NCBI GenBank assembly: GCA_002633005.1
Contig: NMRA01000059.1
Span: 609,883-673,882 of the forward strand
Length of the DNA: 64,000 nt
Direction: 5' to 3'
DNA from: Phoronis australis
Taxonomy: Eukaryota; Animalia; Phoronida
Part shown: one piece after another, positions 1-13,200 of the stretch
Layout: each line of letters begins with the position of its first letter
Numbering within the stretch: the first letter of the stretch is position 1
The notes under the pieces: generated by a model
The model's input: only the letters and a program-made list of their open reading frames with translations
Databases searched by the model: none
Told to the model about the DNA's origin: nothing
Translations under genes and position numbers: made by a program

Positions 1-530
1 AACTTACGCGAGATGTCACGAGATTAGGGAACGGCGTACGAGGGTACAGCACACCTTTCGTGGGGAAGGAATAATGTGCGAGAAGAGGGTTGATCCGTGT
101 GCGACAAAACCTATTCACAAGTCACGTGATTAGTATTTAAATCTCAGTTGTTGTCATCCATTTACAAATAAAGTAGAAGGAAGACATGGCCCTTTTAGAC
201 CTCAGTAAATCCGCCACTGGGACCAACTTCATCTTGCATCAGGTGACGCTGGAGAGAAAGATTCCGACCCATTTTACCAGGCATCATGTGTCTTATACCG
301 CTTCATCGCCTCAATTTCCAGAAAAAAATACGTAACTAATTATCCTCTTTGGCCGAACCGATTTCTAACTAAGGATAAGAATGCAACGACGTTCACTGAT
401 GTGTTGAAAAACCCGTGAAAAACGTTTATGTTTCCAGGTCTCTGAATCTACTCTCTGTCCTTTCAAGTGGCGACTAGAAAATTGATCAATGACATTGCAC
501 GCTTCTAGTAAACTTACAACTTAACTTTGT

Positions 531-786
531 CAGTGGCGGATCAAGGATACCATAAGGACTGGCCCCACATTGTGTCTCGGAGAATCGCACCAAGCAAGAT
601 TGCGCGGGCGCACCCAGCCTAAAGTATAGCCGGAGAGCTCGAATACCTGAGGTTATTCACAACTAAAAAAAAAACGGGTAGCCGATTGTGACGGCACTCG
701 CACATACAAAGTGAATCTTATTTCAGCCGCATATTCATGACCGGAGTTAGTTACTGAACTCAATATTTCCTAACGTAAATCCGCCT
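531..786. mobile_element. MITE-like element (CAGTGGCGGAT...ATCCGCC); second copy at about 39707-39997
   Basis: Short terminal inverted repeats, and an internal sequence (TTGTCTCGGA.AATCGC...GCACCCAGCCT) shared with the 39.7 kb copy. Confidence 0.55.
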
Positions 787-1411
787 ATGTTTGTACTCGT
801 ATAACTAAACGTGATTGATTAGATCTTGCGTTTGAGTCGAAGCCAATTCCGGAGATTAGATCCTACACCCAGAATAGTAACGATGAACAATTTTGAAAAA
901 GTATCTGGGATTGTTCACGCGCATTTCTTTTTATGAGGGAGCATACAATAATTAATATGAAAGCATTTTGGTTACCGTGGAAGTACCAACCTATATTTAC
1001 GAAGTAGGGGCTCTTTACCAAAGAAATAACTTGTGTGGCAGTATTCAAATATCTCGAACACAGTATCATCACATTCTCTAAGACATGACTGTAATTGGCT
1101 CAAACTTGTACAATGCATTTTTGTGCTACCTGTAAGGAGCACGTGCATTTTCATCGAAGTTATAACAGAAAAACACATAACATTTTTGTGGATGTTTATT
1201 ATTTGAGAATGTACAAAATTAAATCATTCACTTGAAAAAAGCACAGAGGTTTTCTATCTCCAGAATGAGAGAGTGTTGAAAAGTTTGCCTGTCGTGGGTT
1301 CATTCCTGTTGTTGAGGTCCTGATTGTTCATTTAAACACACAGAGCAGATGACGCGCCTGTGTTAGTGTATACTAGATAAGACAAAAGGAAAACATTGAA
1401 ATGACTGTAGA

Positions 1412-1689
1412 CATGAGCGCACCCAAGGTGTGTGTGGGGGGGGGGGGCTCGGAGAGCTCGAAGGAGCTCCCCATTTAGCGACGTGGGCAAAAATGTCCGC
1501 CTCAGAGAAACAAAAAACCCGAAAAAGTAGAAAACGTGACAAAAGTCCACCAAAAAGGCAGGAACTATCAAAATTAGGCGAATGTACAATTCATAGATCT
1601 GAACGTAACCCGTTTTTTTAACTTTTTTAGTAAAAGGTCCCCATTCTCAAAATTTCGAACCCCCCATTTTTAGGCTGGGTGCGCGTATG
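1412..1689. mobile_element. ~260-bp MITE-like family (CAT..GCGCACCCA...TGGGTGCGCG.ATG); other copies at about 17212-17465, 41696-41930 and 63362-63612
   Basis: Terminal inverted repeats and shared internal blocks (AAAAGTCC.C.AAAAA, AGTAAAAGGT..CATTCTC, poly-G) in four dispersed copies in both orientations. Confidence 0.65.
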
Positions 1690-1806
1690 TTACAGAAGTA
1701 CAAATTTTAAAGGGATTTAACTTTTGCACGATAACCTTCTTGATAATGTTAAAGTCAATTGTGTTACTGAAGCTCTGAAGGTCTTGTGAAGCAAGATGTT
1801 ACGGAG

Positions 1807-3361
1807 TTATCTGTAGAGTTGTAGGCCTACAGGTTTTGTACATCTGCAGTGGCGCACGAGATAGTTGTTGTATTCTTGGCTTTGATCTTTATGCTCTTTC
1901 TTCAGCCAACGACAACGTTTCCGGTAATGAGTTTCCGTAGTTGTCGGATCATACTGCTCACACACGCATTTTAGTGTGAGGCGCTTTGCATAACTGCCGT
2001 CGTCTGTTTTCACCCGTTCTTTCTCCCATTTACAATGTTTACTCTTGTGGTCCTGGACGCCTTGGCCGTAGGTGTACTTAGCTTCATCGTCGCCTGCAAA
2101 TCAATAACACAAGTATGGTGTACTGGGGTCTTTTTCTTTCACAAAATGAAATTAATTTGTTCTTACGGTTCCTTTTCACAGTTGCCTAAAAGGGTTTTGC
2201 CAAGTATTTATGAGCACAGCACGTACACGTACACTAGAACTGAGTTATAGAAATTGTATCAGCAACTAGCAGTTATGTGTATATTCTAAGAGCTTGTGAT
2301 TTTGCTCAAGTAATATTTAATTATTTTTCACAAACAATAGTGTGGGTTTTAAATTTCTGACTTAAGTCACATTTCACGAAACAGACTCCTAGTGAAAACA
2401 AAATGCAAAGTTAACATGCCTGTATTCTACAGTAAATCTAATAATGCTATAAAGCTCAATCAAACCACGTATTTCGGTTTGCCAATGTGTTGCCGGTATT
2501 TAGTCTACGGTGTAACGATACACACTTCGAGTAGAATAATGCGGTATTTCACTTAATTTCCGCGAATCTCGCGGCGGAATATGAAGCCCGGGATCAATTT
2601 GAATGACATACAGTGCAAGGTAGAACATTTTGGGATAATGATGGAGACACAAAAACTTGTAAAATTGGTAAATAATTGCATTTTGGCAAGCTCCATATCA
2701 CCACAACATTTCTATCAAGCCAACTCCAAATTTTAACTTAACTTTTACTACCGCACTAGGCCACCAGCCCACAGTTCACAATATACAAACTTTATACACG
2801 CGTGCACAGATATTAAAGATTCAATATGTCGCTGATGACCACCGTTGTCCTTTACAAATACATTGAAATGTTTATTGTCCTCGAAGATGAGACCGGACAT
2901 CACTGTTTCTAACGTATCAATATGATAAGAGCCTAGTTCTGAAATCTACCAGGACTGGGCAACGTACAGTGTAACATGAAATAATGTGTTTTTGTCACAA
3001 CCTCTCCTGTATTACAAATGTGACATGTTACTTCATTTGGAGGAATACCATATTCTTTGCCGTTTTCAATTTCTAATTTGACAGTTGAACATCTTATATT
3101 CGCTACGTAATATATCTGCTGTTGCCTCAACTCAGCCGAACTACAGTAAACCAACACTGAATAATAACATCTCTCTGCCTTTTTGAAGTCTGGCAAGATA
3201 TTGTTCATCGCAAGTTTCCTGGTTAAAACCATACATGTCCAAAACCAGTTGTATAAAACAGGTTTTTAATAAATTTTAAATCACTTACCTCCACTTTCAC
3301 TGGAATCGCTGTCCGACCCGCTGCTGGAATCAGGGGGGAGTTCGTCACTATCCTTCGGCAT
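1807..3361 (-). CDS. Double H-x4-C-x-W...CxC family member 1, 119 aa; exons 3361-3289 and 2093-1807
   Basis: Exon 1 is MPKDSDELPPDSSSGSDSDSSESG, ending G|GTAAGT (phase 1). The acceptor is TTGCAG|GC. Exon 2 is DDEAKYTYGQGVQDHKSKHCKW...LKCVC...HYRKRCRW...YLVRHCRCTKPVGLQLYR*. Spliced length is 73+287=360 nt. TATAAA lies at 3449-3444. Confidence 0.8.
2933..3232 (-). mobile_element. Non-LTR retrotransposon (LINE) ORF2 C-terminal remnant in the intron of member 1
   Basis: KLEIENGKEYGIPPNEVTCHICNTGEVVTKTHYFMLHC resembles the LEIETGRY..IP..ER.C..C....EDE.HF...C C-terminal motif of LINE ORF2 proteins. Confidence 0.7.
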
Positions 3362-3443
3362 TGTCTGTTTTTTACGTTCCGTTCGCGCTTAATTTGACTT
3401 GACAAAACGTAAATTCTACCTGTTCTTGCAAGTCTGATGCTCA

Positions 3444-3680
3444 TTTATACTCGGTGGTGGGGAAGTTTTTATTGGTGACGTTCGGTAAAACCCAGGATGG
3501 CCTTTGGTCAGATGCGCAACTTAGGAAAATTCCCGCGGTCTTGTATTTCAAGACCATGAATGCAAAAATTCTAGTGTCATGGGTTATTCCACTGGATTTT
3601 TTAAGTCGCTTGCTTTAAAATCCAGTACTAATGCGATTCCTATTATTAGAGTGCGCTACAAATGACGTGGGGAATTTACG
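3444..3680 (-). promoter_or_regulatory. TATA box and kB-like sites upstream of member 1
   Basis: TATAAA at 3449-3444; GGAAAATTCCC at 3524-3534; GGGTTATTCC at 3581-3590; GGGGAATTT at about 3669. Confidence 0.55.
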
Positions 3681-5951
3681 CTGACTGAACGTTTCCAGTG
3701 TCGTTTTATGAGCTTTGAGTTGTGAAATTTTGTTTTTTCCATGACGTGCTAATCAATACCCTGTGCTGAGTAAATGTGTTTGAAACTGTTTTTAGACGCC
3801 GACACATTATCGAGTACGTTTGGTGTGTGCGAGCGAATGGAATTTTTTGAGGTTCGTTGGAATACGCTGGAGTTTGTCGATGCGCATTGCCGATTCTGTC
3901 CACCCGACCTCTCACGAACGTATTCGCTTGGAATTTTGAGCGTGTAAATATGCTTGTAACGTTGATTTCTTTATTTCGTTATAACGAGACGGTGTTCATG
4001 ATCACAATAGTTTATTGCTCTTCAACGTTCACTGGTTTTATAGTAACGATCAAGTAACGTGCTTAACACTGACCTATGACGAGCGACTGCGTCTCAATCC
4101 AAAACAAGTCTATGAACGACAAGGTAGGCTATTTGTGACCAAAGTGTAAAAGTTAGAACTTTCTTGTGGCGTTTTGAATGACGTGTCATTCAAGCACGGG
4201 ATAATCACAGAAATATATATAAGACTTTAAACACACATGTAGTATAAAGTGGTTAAATACGTTTGTCCAGTATTCGGCAAAATTCGCTGACAGAGCAGAA
4301 AACATTTTTCAAGATATCCCCTGTATAGTGAATCGTCAGAAAATTGAAAAGTCAACTTGTGTTCACATACATGTAAACTTTTTGATATTGCAATAACGGA
4401 TTAGATTCTCGGCACCCCCACAAATTTGTAGATAAGATTTGCAAATAGTGTGCTCTGAAGCCAACTGTAAGCAAAAAGAGGCCCAAGGTAAGGGTAAAAA
4501 TAATATGGAAAATGCAAGTATTTCCCTGAAAACGGTAGTTATTTGGTAAGGTAAAGGTGGTCGCGCTCGAACTGTTTTCATGCAACCACACCTTTGGTAT
4601 TTCAAGCCCATTACACGTGTACGCTTCACCCGTTTGATTACATAATCAACTACATTATTTTGCAGCACTAAGGGCCATCCTATGGCTTTCTTCACTTTTT
4701 TGTACCGGTAGCCAAACCGCGCTAACCCCTTCCTTCTTTCTTTGGAACATAATAATAAATAATAATATTAATAATAATAGAATAAATTTTATTTCTATAG
4801 GATAAAATACAGTAGATATAAAACATGCTTTAGCCAAAGGCTAATATACAGAATGGTCATCTGTAGCAAAATATTCACTCTATATGGGCTGCTCCATAAC
4901 AGAGCTGTTAGTTGAGGGTAGAGAATGATCAATTATGGCCATGACATTTACTTAAGTGCACTTAATTACAACAATCTAATGTTGAGACATTCGTTGACAT
5001 TTTAGTGCTAACATGCGAAGCAAATATTGCCTTAACTCTATTAAAACTGCATCTTGCGCTGTTGAGCAAGTTAAAAACGAAAATCGACTTAGTTCCTTCA
5101 CTCTCATGATGCAGTCTCGTAATATTCCTTGCCGTGACAGAATTTCATTTCCATTTTTGGATAACTGAATTTTTAATCGATTTGTATACGAAACAATGCA
5201 CGAAGAGACGCAGTGTTGTCAAAAATGAATGCATTCAAGTTATAAAATTACAGATAACACTAAACACTCTTCAATACTTAATGAGACTGAAATAAGAGGC
5301 ATTTTGAAGAGTCACCGACGGTAAAACCCAAAATGTCTGACTGCAGGAATTTCCAGGTATCATTAAAATTGCTCAGTGAAACACAGACAATGACGTGGGT
5401 TTGAATTTGAGAACACATGGAAAAGCGGTTGCAGGCATAAATGAATGGACCGAGGTTTGATGATAAAAAGCATGACATCTCATTTGAGTACACCGTTTAG
5501 GCAGTTAAGGTTAAAAGAAACGTTGTCTGAGTCACCTTTTATCATATGTATGGCTCTGCGCGTACTACGTCAGGCTACGCTCTCCAGGACTAGACGTAAT
5601 GGAAAGTAGATGGCACATCAACAAAGCGTAATACAAAACATATATTTCACAGGTATTTATCAAAACAAATACAAAATCTAAAAAGAGCTATATATACATA
5701 TTGATAAGACTTCTGACGAAATACTTTTTAAAAGCTTTTGAAAAACGTAGGCTCATATTAACACATCAAACGAAGAAATGGTTCTCAAACAGTAACCTTT
5801 CACCAAAACATGTGGTTCAAATTTGTAAAACTTGACTTGACTGTAATTCTCACTCAAGATGGCAGTTCGATCAGGAACTTCATCAAAACTGCTACGACTG
5901 TTGGCCGGTCCACGCAGAGGTCGAGAAATCAGAACGTCGCAGTTATAAGAT

Positions 5952-7017
5952 TTAGTTCTTCGGTTTGGTACACCGGCAGTGACGAACAAGGTAGTTATCG
6001 TATTTGAACTTATTTCTGCGTAGTTTTTGCAGCCAGTTACACCGTCTGGAGTAATGAGTCTCTTCGTACTCCCTGTCATCAAACTTTCCGCAGTCACGGT
6101 GGCACGACAGTTTCAAGTACACTACGTTCACGTCCGGCTCCTCTCTCACCCACTTACATTCCTTACTTGTATGATTCTGTACCGCCTGGCCGTACGTGTA
6201 GCGAATCTCTGGCTTGCCTACAAAGAGGTCAAATTAACATAAATCAATATATGAATTCTTTATCAGCTCTTAGCGGCAACAAACGGACATAATGGTTGAT
6301 TTTTTGATACTAGGTTTCATGACTACGGAGGATAGTTTAATATGTATAAAATGCCTGCGTGATAATGCCTGCTACTAACTATAGGAATGTCAGAAGTACA
6401 CGCTTTTAGGCAATACAACTTATGTAGACACAGCGCGGATGTGTGAAATGCAAACAACACAAAACGCCCTAACTATTCACTCTTAGCCCCCTTTTGTTGC
6501 GTTTGACCAAGTTATTTCGCACGGTCACGAAATGAAAAATAAAACATCGTTTAAAGATAAAACTGTTTAAGGTTTTGTCAGATTGTTGTTGATTCAAGAT
6601 GTATTAATACACATTTAGTGGTCAGATCAAAAGTTTGCGTGTCTAGCTGTTGTTGCGACAACATTGTATAATGCCAAAATATAGCATATCAATTAGTTCT
6701 CGTCTGCGCCGGACTCATTTTGAAAGCTCACAACGGGCATCAGCTGACAGTGAAGCAATTAAAAGCACGATCCCGACCCATTTCAGTTGGCATCAGATGA
6801 AATTTTCTTTTTTCGAAAACATGGACAACTTAAAAATAACCCATCGCAGCATCAGTTTTCAAGAAAATACGAATAGAAACAATTGTGTTGTTTTGTTTGA
6901 CTTGACACAACTAAAACTTTTTAACGAAAGGCACTTACCAGAGATGAAATGAGAAATATCTTCATCCGATTCGCTACTGGAAATAGGTTCAATCCAATCT
7001 TGATCTCTGCATGACAT
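5952..7017 (-). CDS. Family member 2, 114 aa; exons 7017-6939 and 6217-5952
   Basis: aaaATG starts exon 1 MSCRDQDWIEPISSSESDEDISHFIS, ending G|GTAAGT (phase 1). The acceptor is TTTGTAG|GC. Exon 2 is KPEIRYTYGQAVQNHTSKECKW...LSCHRDC...HYSRRCNW...YLVRHCRCTKPKN*. Spliced length is 79+266=345 nt. Confidence 0.82.
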
Positions 7018-7099
7018 TTTCTTCGATTCAGGTTTAAAACGCTACCGCAAAATATTCCGCGAAGGTTAACACAAAAACTGCTTTACACGGTGAAGCGTT

Positions 7100-7415
7100 T
7101 AACTTATAATCTTCGGGTAATTATAGCAAATGGGATTTCCTTGAGATGATTCGTGGTAATACCCACTTGCTAAATGAGTAAAAAGTTAATTAAGTTCGAA
7201 TTCAACAGAATGGAATACTTACGAATGAAAACAACGAGTGACATATGCGCAATATAATTCCAGGTGTCATGGGGTTTCCCCTTGGAAGTTTTTGTTGTGA
7301 CTCAGGTAAAGCCCAACGCAATCGCACTTGAATGGAAACGAACTGAAGGGCTTGAGCTTGCGTAAAACTTTACGGACAAAAATTCAAAGTGTCATAACTA
7401 GGAAAAATACCCGCG
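7100..7415 (-). promoter_or_regulatory. TATA box and kB-like sites upstream of member 2
   Basis: TTATAA at 7104-7109; GGGATTTCC at 7132-7140; GGGGTTTCCC at 7271-7280, which fits the GGGRNWYYCC consensus. Confidence 0.55.
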
Positions 7416-9399
7416 TTTTAAGCATGACATGCATTTTGTCCCGCTACGAATTGATCACTTTTAAGGTTATGTACAATAGGACCATACCGTCAAGTCTGAG
7501 CGTTTAGTCAAATACCTACATACTAACTGAAGATTTTAATTCAGTGATATATGCATTTTTTGAACATAGAAAGTCAAGTTGGATTGCTGACTAAGTACAA
7601 ATATCGTATTAATATGGTCACGTGACCATGTCTTTTCAGTATTATTTAGCCAAATAAAAAGGTACATTCATAATAAAACAACAGTTTCAAGAACATGGAC
7701 AAATTTCATTTCGGACAGTTGCCACCAGGTCATCCTGATCAAGCTCGCCATCTCGTGGGAGAGTAGGGTAGAAGAGGCACACGAGCGGCAGAACTTGAAG
7801 TATGGAGACCTGAAGAATGACTGCCACGTAAACGGCTGGAGATTTTGGAGTTTTTCTGTGGAGGTTAGCTGCCGTGGTTTTCCGGCTAGTTTAGTCACTA
7901 CTATGACGAGGTCTCTAGGCGTCTCTGTGATAGGAATGAAGGCTCTTCTATGCGATGTGGCCACCGAAGCTGAACAGGCATCTTGTTGGATTTGGATGAA
8001 GCACCAACAACAATGCCATCAACAACCGTCAGACAGAGCCTGATCAACTCTGTTGTCCTGCCTACTGGAGATGGTCTTGGTTTAGGGACGAAACCATTAA
8101 GGACAGTAGGAGACCAACGGATGATGACTGTTGAGCACAGTTACATCAAGTGTTTAAAGTATGTTGATGTACAAGATAAAATCTCAGACACGCTATTACA
8201 GTTTTTAAATTACCATTTTGTTTCCATCTTTTGCGACTTGTGAGTTTCTTTATTGAATTCACAAAAGTCCTATTATTGATCGCTCCTGATGCAAAGTTGG
8301 AACACTTAAAAATAGTCTCTAACATCTAACAAAATTTTGTGGAGCAGTTAGGCTTAATTACAATTCCTGAAAGTTCATACGAATCCAATCAGACATATCT
8401 TAAATATAATGTTCCCAAGTTAGCTAAATACTCCCACATGACCATAACGCGTTAGACTTCTATATTTCTCGCAAGTAATATCATATTATTTAATCCGTGA
8501 CGTAAATAAATGAAAATAAACTAAAGCAAGCCAGTTATTTTCAAGTTTTTATTCGCAAATTTCATTCAGATTTTTGAACCTCCAGAATCAGAAGTAACAA
8601 ATTATAATTTTGAAATTTCACTTTTATGCGAAGACTTTTATAAAAAGTACACATAAAATACTTTTACGAATTGTTAATCTTACTTTTTGAAATAAATGTT
8701 ATGAGTTATCCACTCCTGCGAGCTTCTCGAAAACTCACCCACGCAGGAAAACAATTGTTTATCGAAAATCAACTGTCATTTTGAACTAAAAGTACCAGAA
8801 CCCTGCCACTAACTTTTCATAACTTTCCGGAGGATTCCCTGATTGCGGAAGTTGAGGGAGTTGACTGAGAGTGAAACAACCATTTCTTTATTTCATCTTT
8901 ATTCGATTTAAAAAATACATATTACCTGTTTTTGATTTAACTTGTTACATAAAATGTTCATGCAAGTCTTTTGTGCTAAATTTTCCAGAAAATTTCCACA
9001 AAATTTTTACTTAATGGGAGAAGAAAGCCAACAATTCCTCACTTTTTGTGTGCTCATGCGGCAAACTTTTAAAAGTGCGAAAGGCACTCTGGAAAATCCG
9101 CAAAAAAGACTCGTATCAACGGGCCTGTTAGGGTCGTTACCATTGGTTACAATAACTAAGAACAACCCCATATTCATGTTTTATTCCTTTACCTGCTACG
9201 TTATAAAGGCAGACAATTTGTAAGTATCCTGAATAGAGACCCTTGGTAGATTCAAACGAGAACTCAACCTCAATTTGCACGATTGAGGAAATATACATTG
9301 AAATGTGCACGTCGTGTTATATCCAAAGTTCCGACAACGCAAATGACGCCTATATTGAAAAACGGAAAGTTGAAACAAATATCAGCCTCTTAACTTCCT

Positions 9400-9909
9400 C
9401 TACAAAATGGTGCAACCACATATATCATCCGATATTTGCCTCAAGGGCGGTTCCCTTGGTGTCGTGCACCTGCAATGGCGTATGCAGTATTTATCGATAC
9501 TCCTAGTATGATGGTGGTTCAAGTCGATTTCGAGCCACGTGCAGTTATTGCTGAAATGAATTTCTCTCTTTCCGTCCTTGTACTTGCCGCAAGAACATTT
9601 GAGACGAAACGTGCCGGTCTCTTCATACCATTTGCAATCTTCTTTCTTGTGGTTTTGAATTTCCAGCTTATACCTATATGGCGACCTTTCAAAACCTACA
9701 AAAAGACACTGACAGGATAACAATCATAATCTGAAAACAATGCAAGATATCCACTTTCAGTTAACAGTTTTAATCACGGCTGTCATGTCAATTTAAGGAG
9801 ACCCGTTAATACTTTTTCAAATGGTAAACTGAAAGAAATTCAAAATTCTACCGTAGTTGTTCTCGTACGAACTGTATTCAGACTCATATTCTATAGGAAC
9901 TTCATCCAT
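9400..9909 (-). CDS. Family member 3, 117 aa, ending in CGCTIL; exons 9909-9852 and 9695-9400
   Basis: aaaATG starts exon 1 MDEVPIEYESEYSSYENNY, ending G|GTAGAA (phase 1). The acceptor is TTTGTAG|GT. Exon 2 is FERSPYRYKLEIQNHKKEDCKW...LKCSC...HFSNNCTW...IRHCRC...DDICGCTIL*. TATATAA lies about 86 bp upstream of the ATG. Confidence 0.78.
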
Positions 9910-12059
9910 TTTATTGCAAGAAGATACACGAAATAAATGTTGTTCACCAAAAGCAGAGATCAGCATAAATGGTCTCAAAATATTCGACTTATATATCCTC
10001 TTGCGTGGAAAACCCCCCCCACCGAATGGTTCAGTTTCATCAGGCAAAAGTGATTCCGGGTTTTTCAGATTCTCATTGCCAAGCAGCAGGAAATTTTGCT
10101 CGACGTAAAATCCTGGCGTAATACACGGTTCGATGAGCGTCGTCTGATCTTGGTACGACAAAGAACTATGGAGTAATGTTAGCTTGGAAATATTATCGAT
10201 TGCAAGGATGTCGAGAGAAGAATAAATTTCGTTTGTCTTGGATGGGGATTTAACTTGACAAAGACTTGATGACGGAGGAAGAAGGTAGACTCACCCTTCT
10301 CCCGGCTCCCGGAGAGGTATTCACTATTTTTACAAGGGTAAGCTGTTAGAAAAATAGTTAGTTAGAAAGTGACCTCTATAATACAATTTGTAGGGAGCTT
10401 CAACGATGAATAGCCGCACCTTCCTACAGCTTTGCCCCTTTAAAGTCATAGAGGACGAGACTAAAATTGTGCGTTCCAAGCTCTTTTCCAGAAACGAAAA
10501 GGAGACTAAAGGTTACTATAAATAGGTCATAATTCTATGACTTGTGAACAGTGGTACAAAATAGTGTAGGAGAATAGTAAATGGTTATAAAATAACATTA
10601 TCATTTGAAAGGTGGACATTAAAAAACAGCAGCATGGAGGATCGAGAACAAACCCAAGGAGGAGTAGGGCGGGGGGCGGGGGTGACGTTGACATAACCTA
10701 ACATTATCTTGTGCAAAATCACCCCCTGCCTTTTTCAGCTGCTGCAAAAGGCTGATTCGAAATTGTCATTTTGAGCCTTTCCTTGACAACATGTAGAACA
10801 CATAAGGCGGTATGGTATTTAAAGTAAAACAAGACATTTGTAGATGTCTGCCGCACAATAGTGTATTCTAAGCAAATGTGAGGTTCATTGACAATAGTAG
10901 GAAGAAGATTGTCACATCTTGCTCTAGCTGCAACGCTCCGTTTTTTATCCATTTTGCCGGTTTTGGGGGAAAATTTTATCGATTTTATGGGTCACATACA
11001 ATGAGACAAGGCCATATGTGACAACGATTTCCAGTAAAGTTATAATTGATTACATGTACTTTTAAACGGAAAAGACATAGATAGTGAAATGGCGCTGTGC
11101 ACTCTCGTTCGGAACTGGAAAGGATAATTACTGCGCGATGGGGGAGTTGATAATGGCACGGACACCCCAGTAAAATATCGATATAAAAGTTTAATTTCAC
11201 AGGAGTTCCATTATCCAAAACTAAGCTTCACTGTTCCATATGTTACACACATGGACACTTCAAAGGAAATGTCTGTAATTTTGGAGTTGCTCGATGACAT
11301 TATTAATGCTTTGAAAGTAAATAACTATCATTTAAAGCGGCTGTAAATTCGGGAATCGAACTTTTGATTTGGACTACTTACAGTCATGAAATCTGTTTAA
11401 AAGTGTTCCTTATTCAGATCGAGAAGCGATTTAGGGGTTTGCAAAGAACTGACATTTTATGCTTAGCGCATAAAATGAAAAGTCTGGAGAAGCCAATTTG
11501 TGGAGCCTGGTGTCAAACAGTAACGGAAGTAGCCATCTTGTGGCGCCTGATGACACTAATTACCAGTTTTTTGAAGCCCTGAAATTGTCACCTCCAATTT
11601 TACCAAGGAACAGTTTTGTAGCAGTAAGTGGGTCTTATTCAAAAGTTATTTTTGATATGGAACTCGGTTTAAAAACCTCCTTAATTAACGACGGAAAGAC
11701 AATAAACGCTAAAAAGTGGTGACACTTTATTCTTTTTGAATGTGAAAATAGTATTATAAACCTATATCATAGATCACAGTACATAACACTGATAAAAGTT
11801 ACAAGTGGAATAATCAAAAATCCAACTGTAGTAGGCTTTCACAAATAAAGGGTACACTAAATACCATGCTTTGATAGTACTTATTGTAGAACGACTGAGA
11901 AATCTGCTAAGAACGATATCCACTTCGTGTAAACACTTTTGAGAAAACACCACCGTAACTGTGCCCGCATATATCACACTAAGTGTTTGACATTGACTCA
12001 ATAATAGTACACAATGTTGGTGGAGGTGCAAGCCGCCACTTGCCTTCACTCTAGAGTCC

Positions 12060-12216
12060 TGCCTCCCGTTCAGTAACGCTAGGACCTCGCTAAAAAGCAA
12101 GACTTCGCGAAATTACGTGAGATATTGCCGTGAATTTTAAATGAGAACACGTGACTTTGACTAGGTTTTAGCTAAGTTCTAGCGAAGGTCCCAAATTTCT
12201 ACTGAACGCACGCCTG
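12060..12216. mobile_element. ~155-bp MITE; inverted copy at about 33770-33924
   Basis: Inverted termini GTTCAGTA...TACTGAAC. It has high reverse-complement similarity to 33770-33924. Confidence 0.7.
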
Positions 12217-12321
12217 ATACTAATCATGACAAAAACTACACTACCATAACCAGCAAAAACATTGCAACTCTAGTATGGCTTTCTCCGGTTCATCCTTACA
12301 AAAGCGTAAATAAGGCTTACA

Positions 12322-12512
12322 ACACATTATCCACATAGTCGCCATTTTAAAAGTGAGCCTCTTTTTAGGTTTGAAAACAACGCATTAGGCATAAATATCA
12401 AGGAGGCATGCTAAAAATCCCGCGTTGCATTGTTATCAAATGCGGAATGCATTGTTTTTAAAACCCAAAAGGAGGCCCACTTTTAAAATGGCGACTGCGT
12501 GAATAAGGTGTA
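12322..12512. repeat. Foldback (hairpin) MITE-like palindrome
   Basis: Arms of about 65 bp: AGTCGCCATTTTAAAAGTGAGCCTC versus GAGGCCCACTTTTAAAATGGCGACT. Confidence 0.7.
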
Positions 12513-12819
12513 GTGCAGAAATTACCGATTTTTGAATCAACAATTTAAAAGTTGCTCATTTGTCACACTGGTTTATAAAACTTGTACAGAAGATATGAAA
12601 CAAATGATACTCTACACATATATTCACTTGCTTTGTTGATTTCTTCTCGCGAACTATAACTTTACAAGTTATTAACAAACCGATTTTCCTAGGTGATCTC
12701 TTGAATCCTGGCTACTTCTGTATTCACTTTAGGAGTCCTCACGGATCTGAGGAGAACTATGAGTTGTATTATTGGGGACAAATAAAACAACAGGAATAAC
12801 ATATATTTTAAGTTGTATT

Positions 12820-13200
12820 GGGAATTTCAGGGTCACATCTCTACAAATAAATATTTCACAGAAGGAACCCGGTGGGTTACTTAATTACAAGAGATAACAC
12901 ACACATTTCCGATACCCAAAGTGTAACTGAGTATCGGAGCATAGTACCAAATGGGAATGGCCCGTATTGGCCGATTGCCTACCAACTGGGTCGAGCAAAG
13001 CGCCAAATTCAATAACAAGTACAAAGTGGGTACAAACTGCCAAATGGGCAAATATCATATAAAGTACCAAGTGGGTACACCAAACAGCCAACTGAGCTAT
13101 AACAACCTGCAAAGCAGGTTCCGGACAAGCTGAGTGAGCAGATCAGCCGGAGTGATAAAAGAGATATTGTAAGGAACGTGGTGTTGTGGCTCAGTATGTA
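12820..13200. mobile_element. Interspersed repeat; inverted copy inserted at about 47735-48168
   Basis: Reverse-complement similarity over about 380 bp (shared ORF-track peptide MQVVIA.LAVWCTHLVLYMIFAHLAVCTH) and internal TGTACCCACTTGGTACT subrepeats. Confidence 0.75.

Noticed and set aside
3420-3444. Alternative exon 1 MSIRLARTG with a phase-1 donor for member 1
   Set aside because: Its ATG overlaps the TATAAA, which sits at the family-typical 88 bp from the ATG at 3361, so it is probably upstream of the transcription start.
4845-5500. Possible decayed transposon endonuclease (IIDH...EYFATDDH) on the minus strand
   Set aside because: Interrupted by stops and too weak to call without a database search.
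10295-10342. 48-nt phase 1-1 exon-like segment on the minus strand (AG...|GTGAGT)
   Set aside because: It lies upstream of the TATA/kB promoter of member 3 and has no counterpart in other members; it may be chance.
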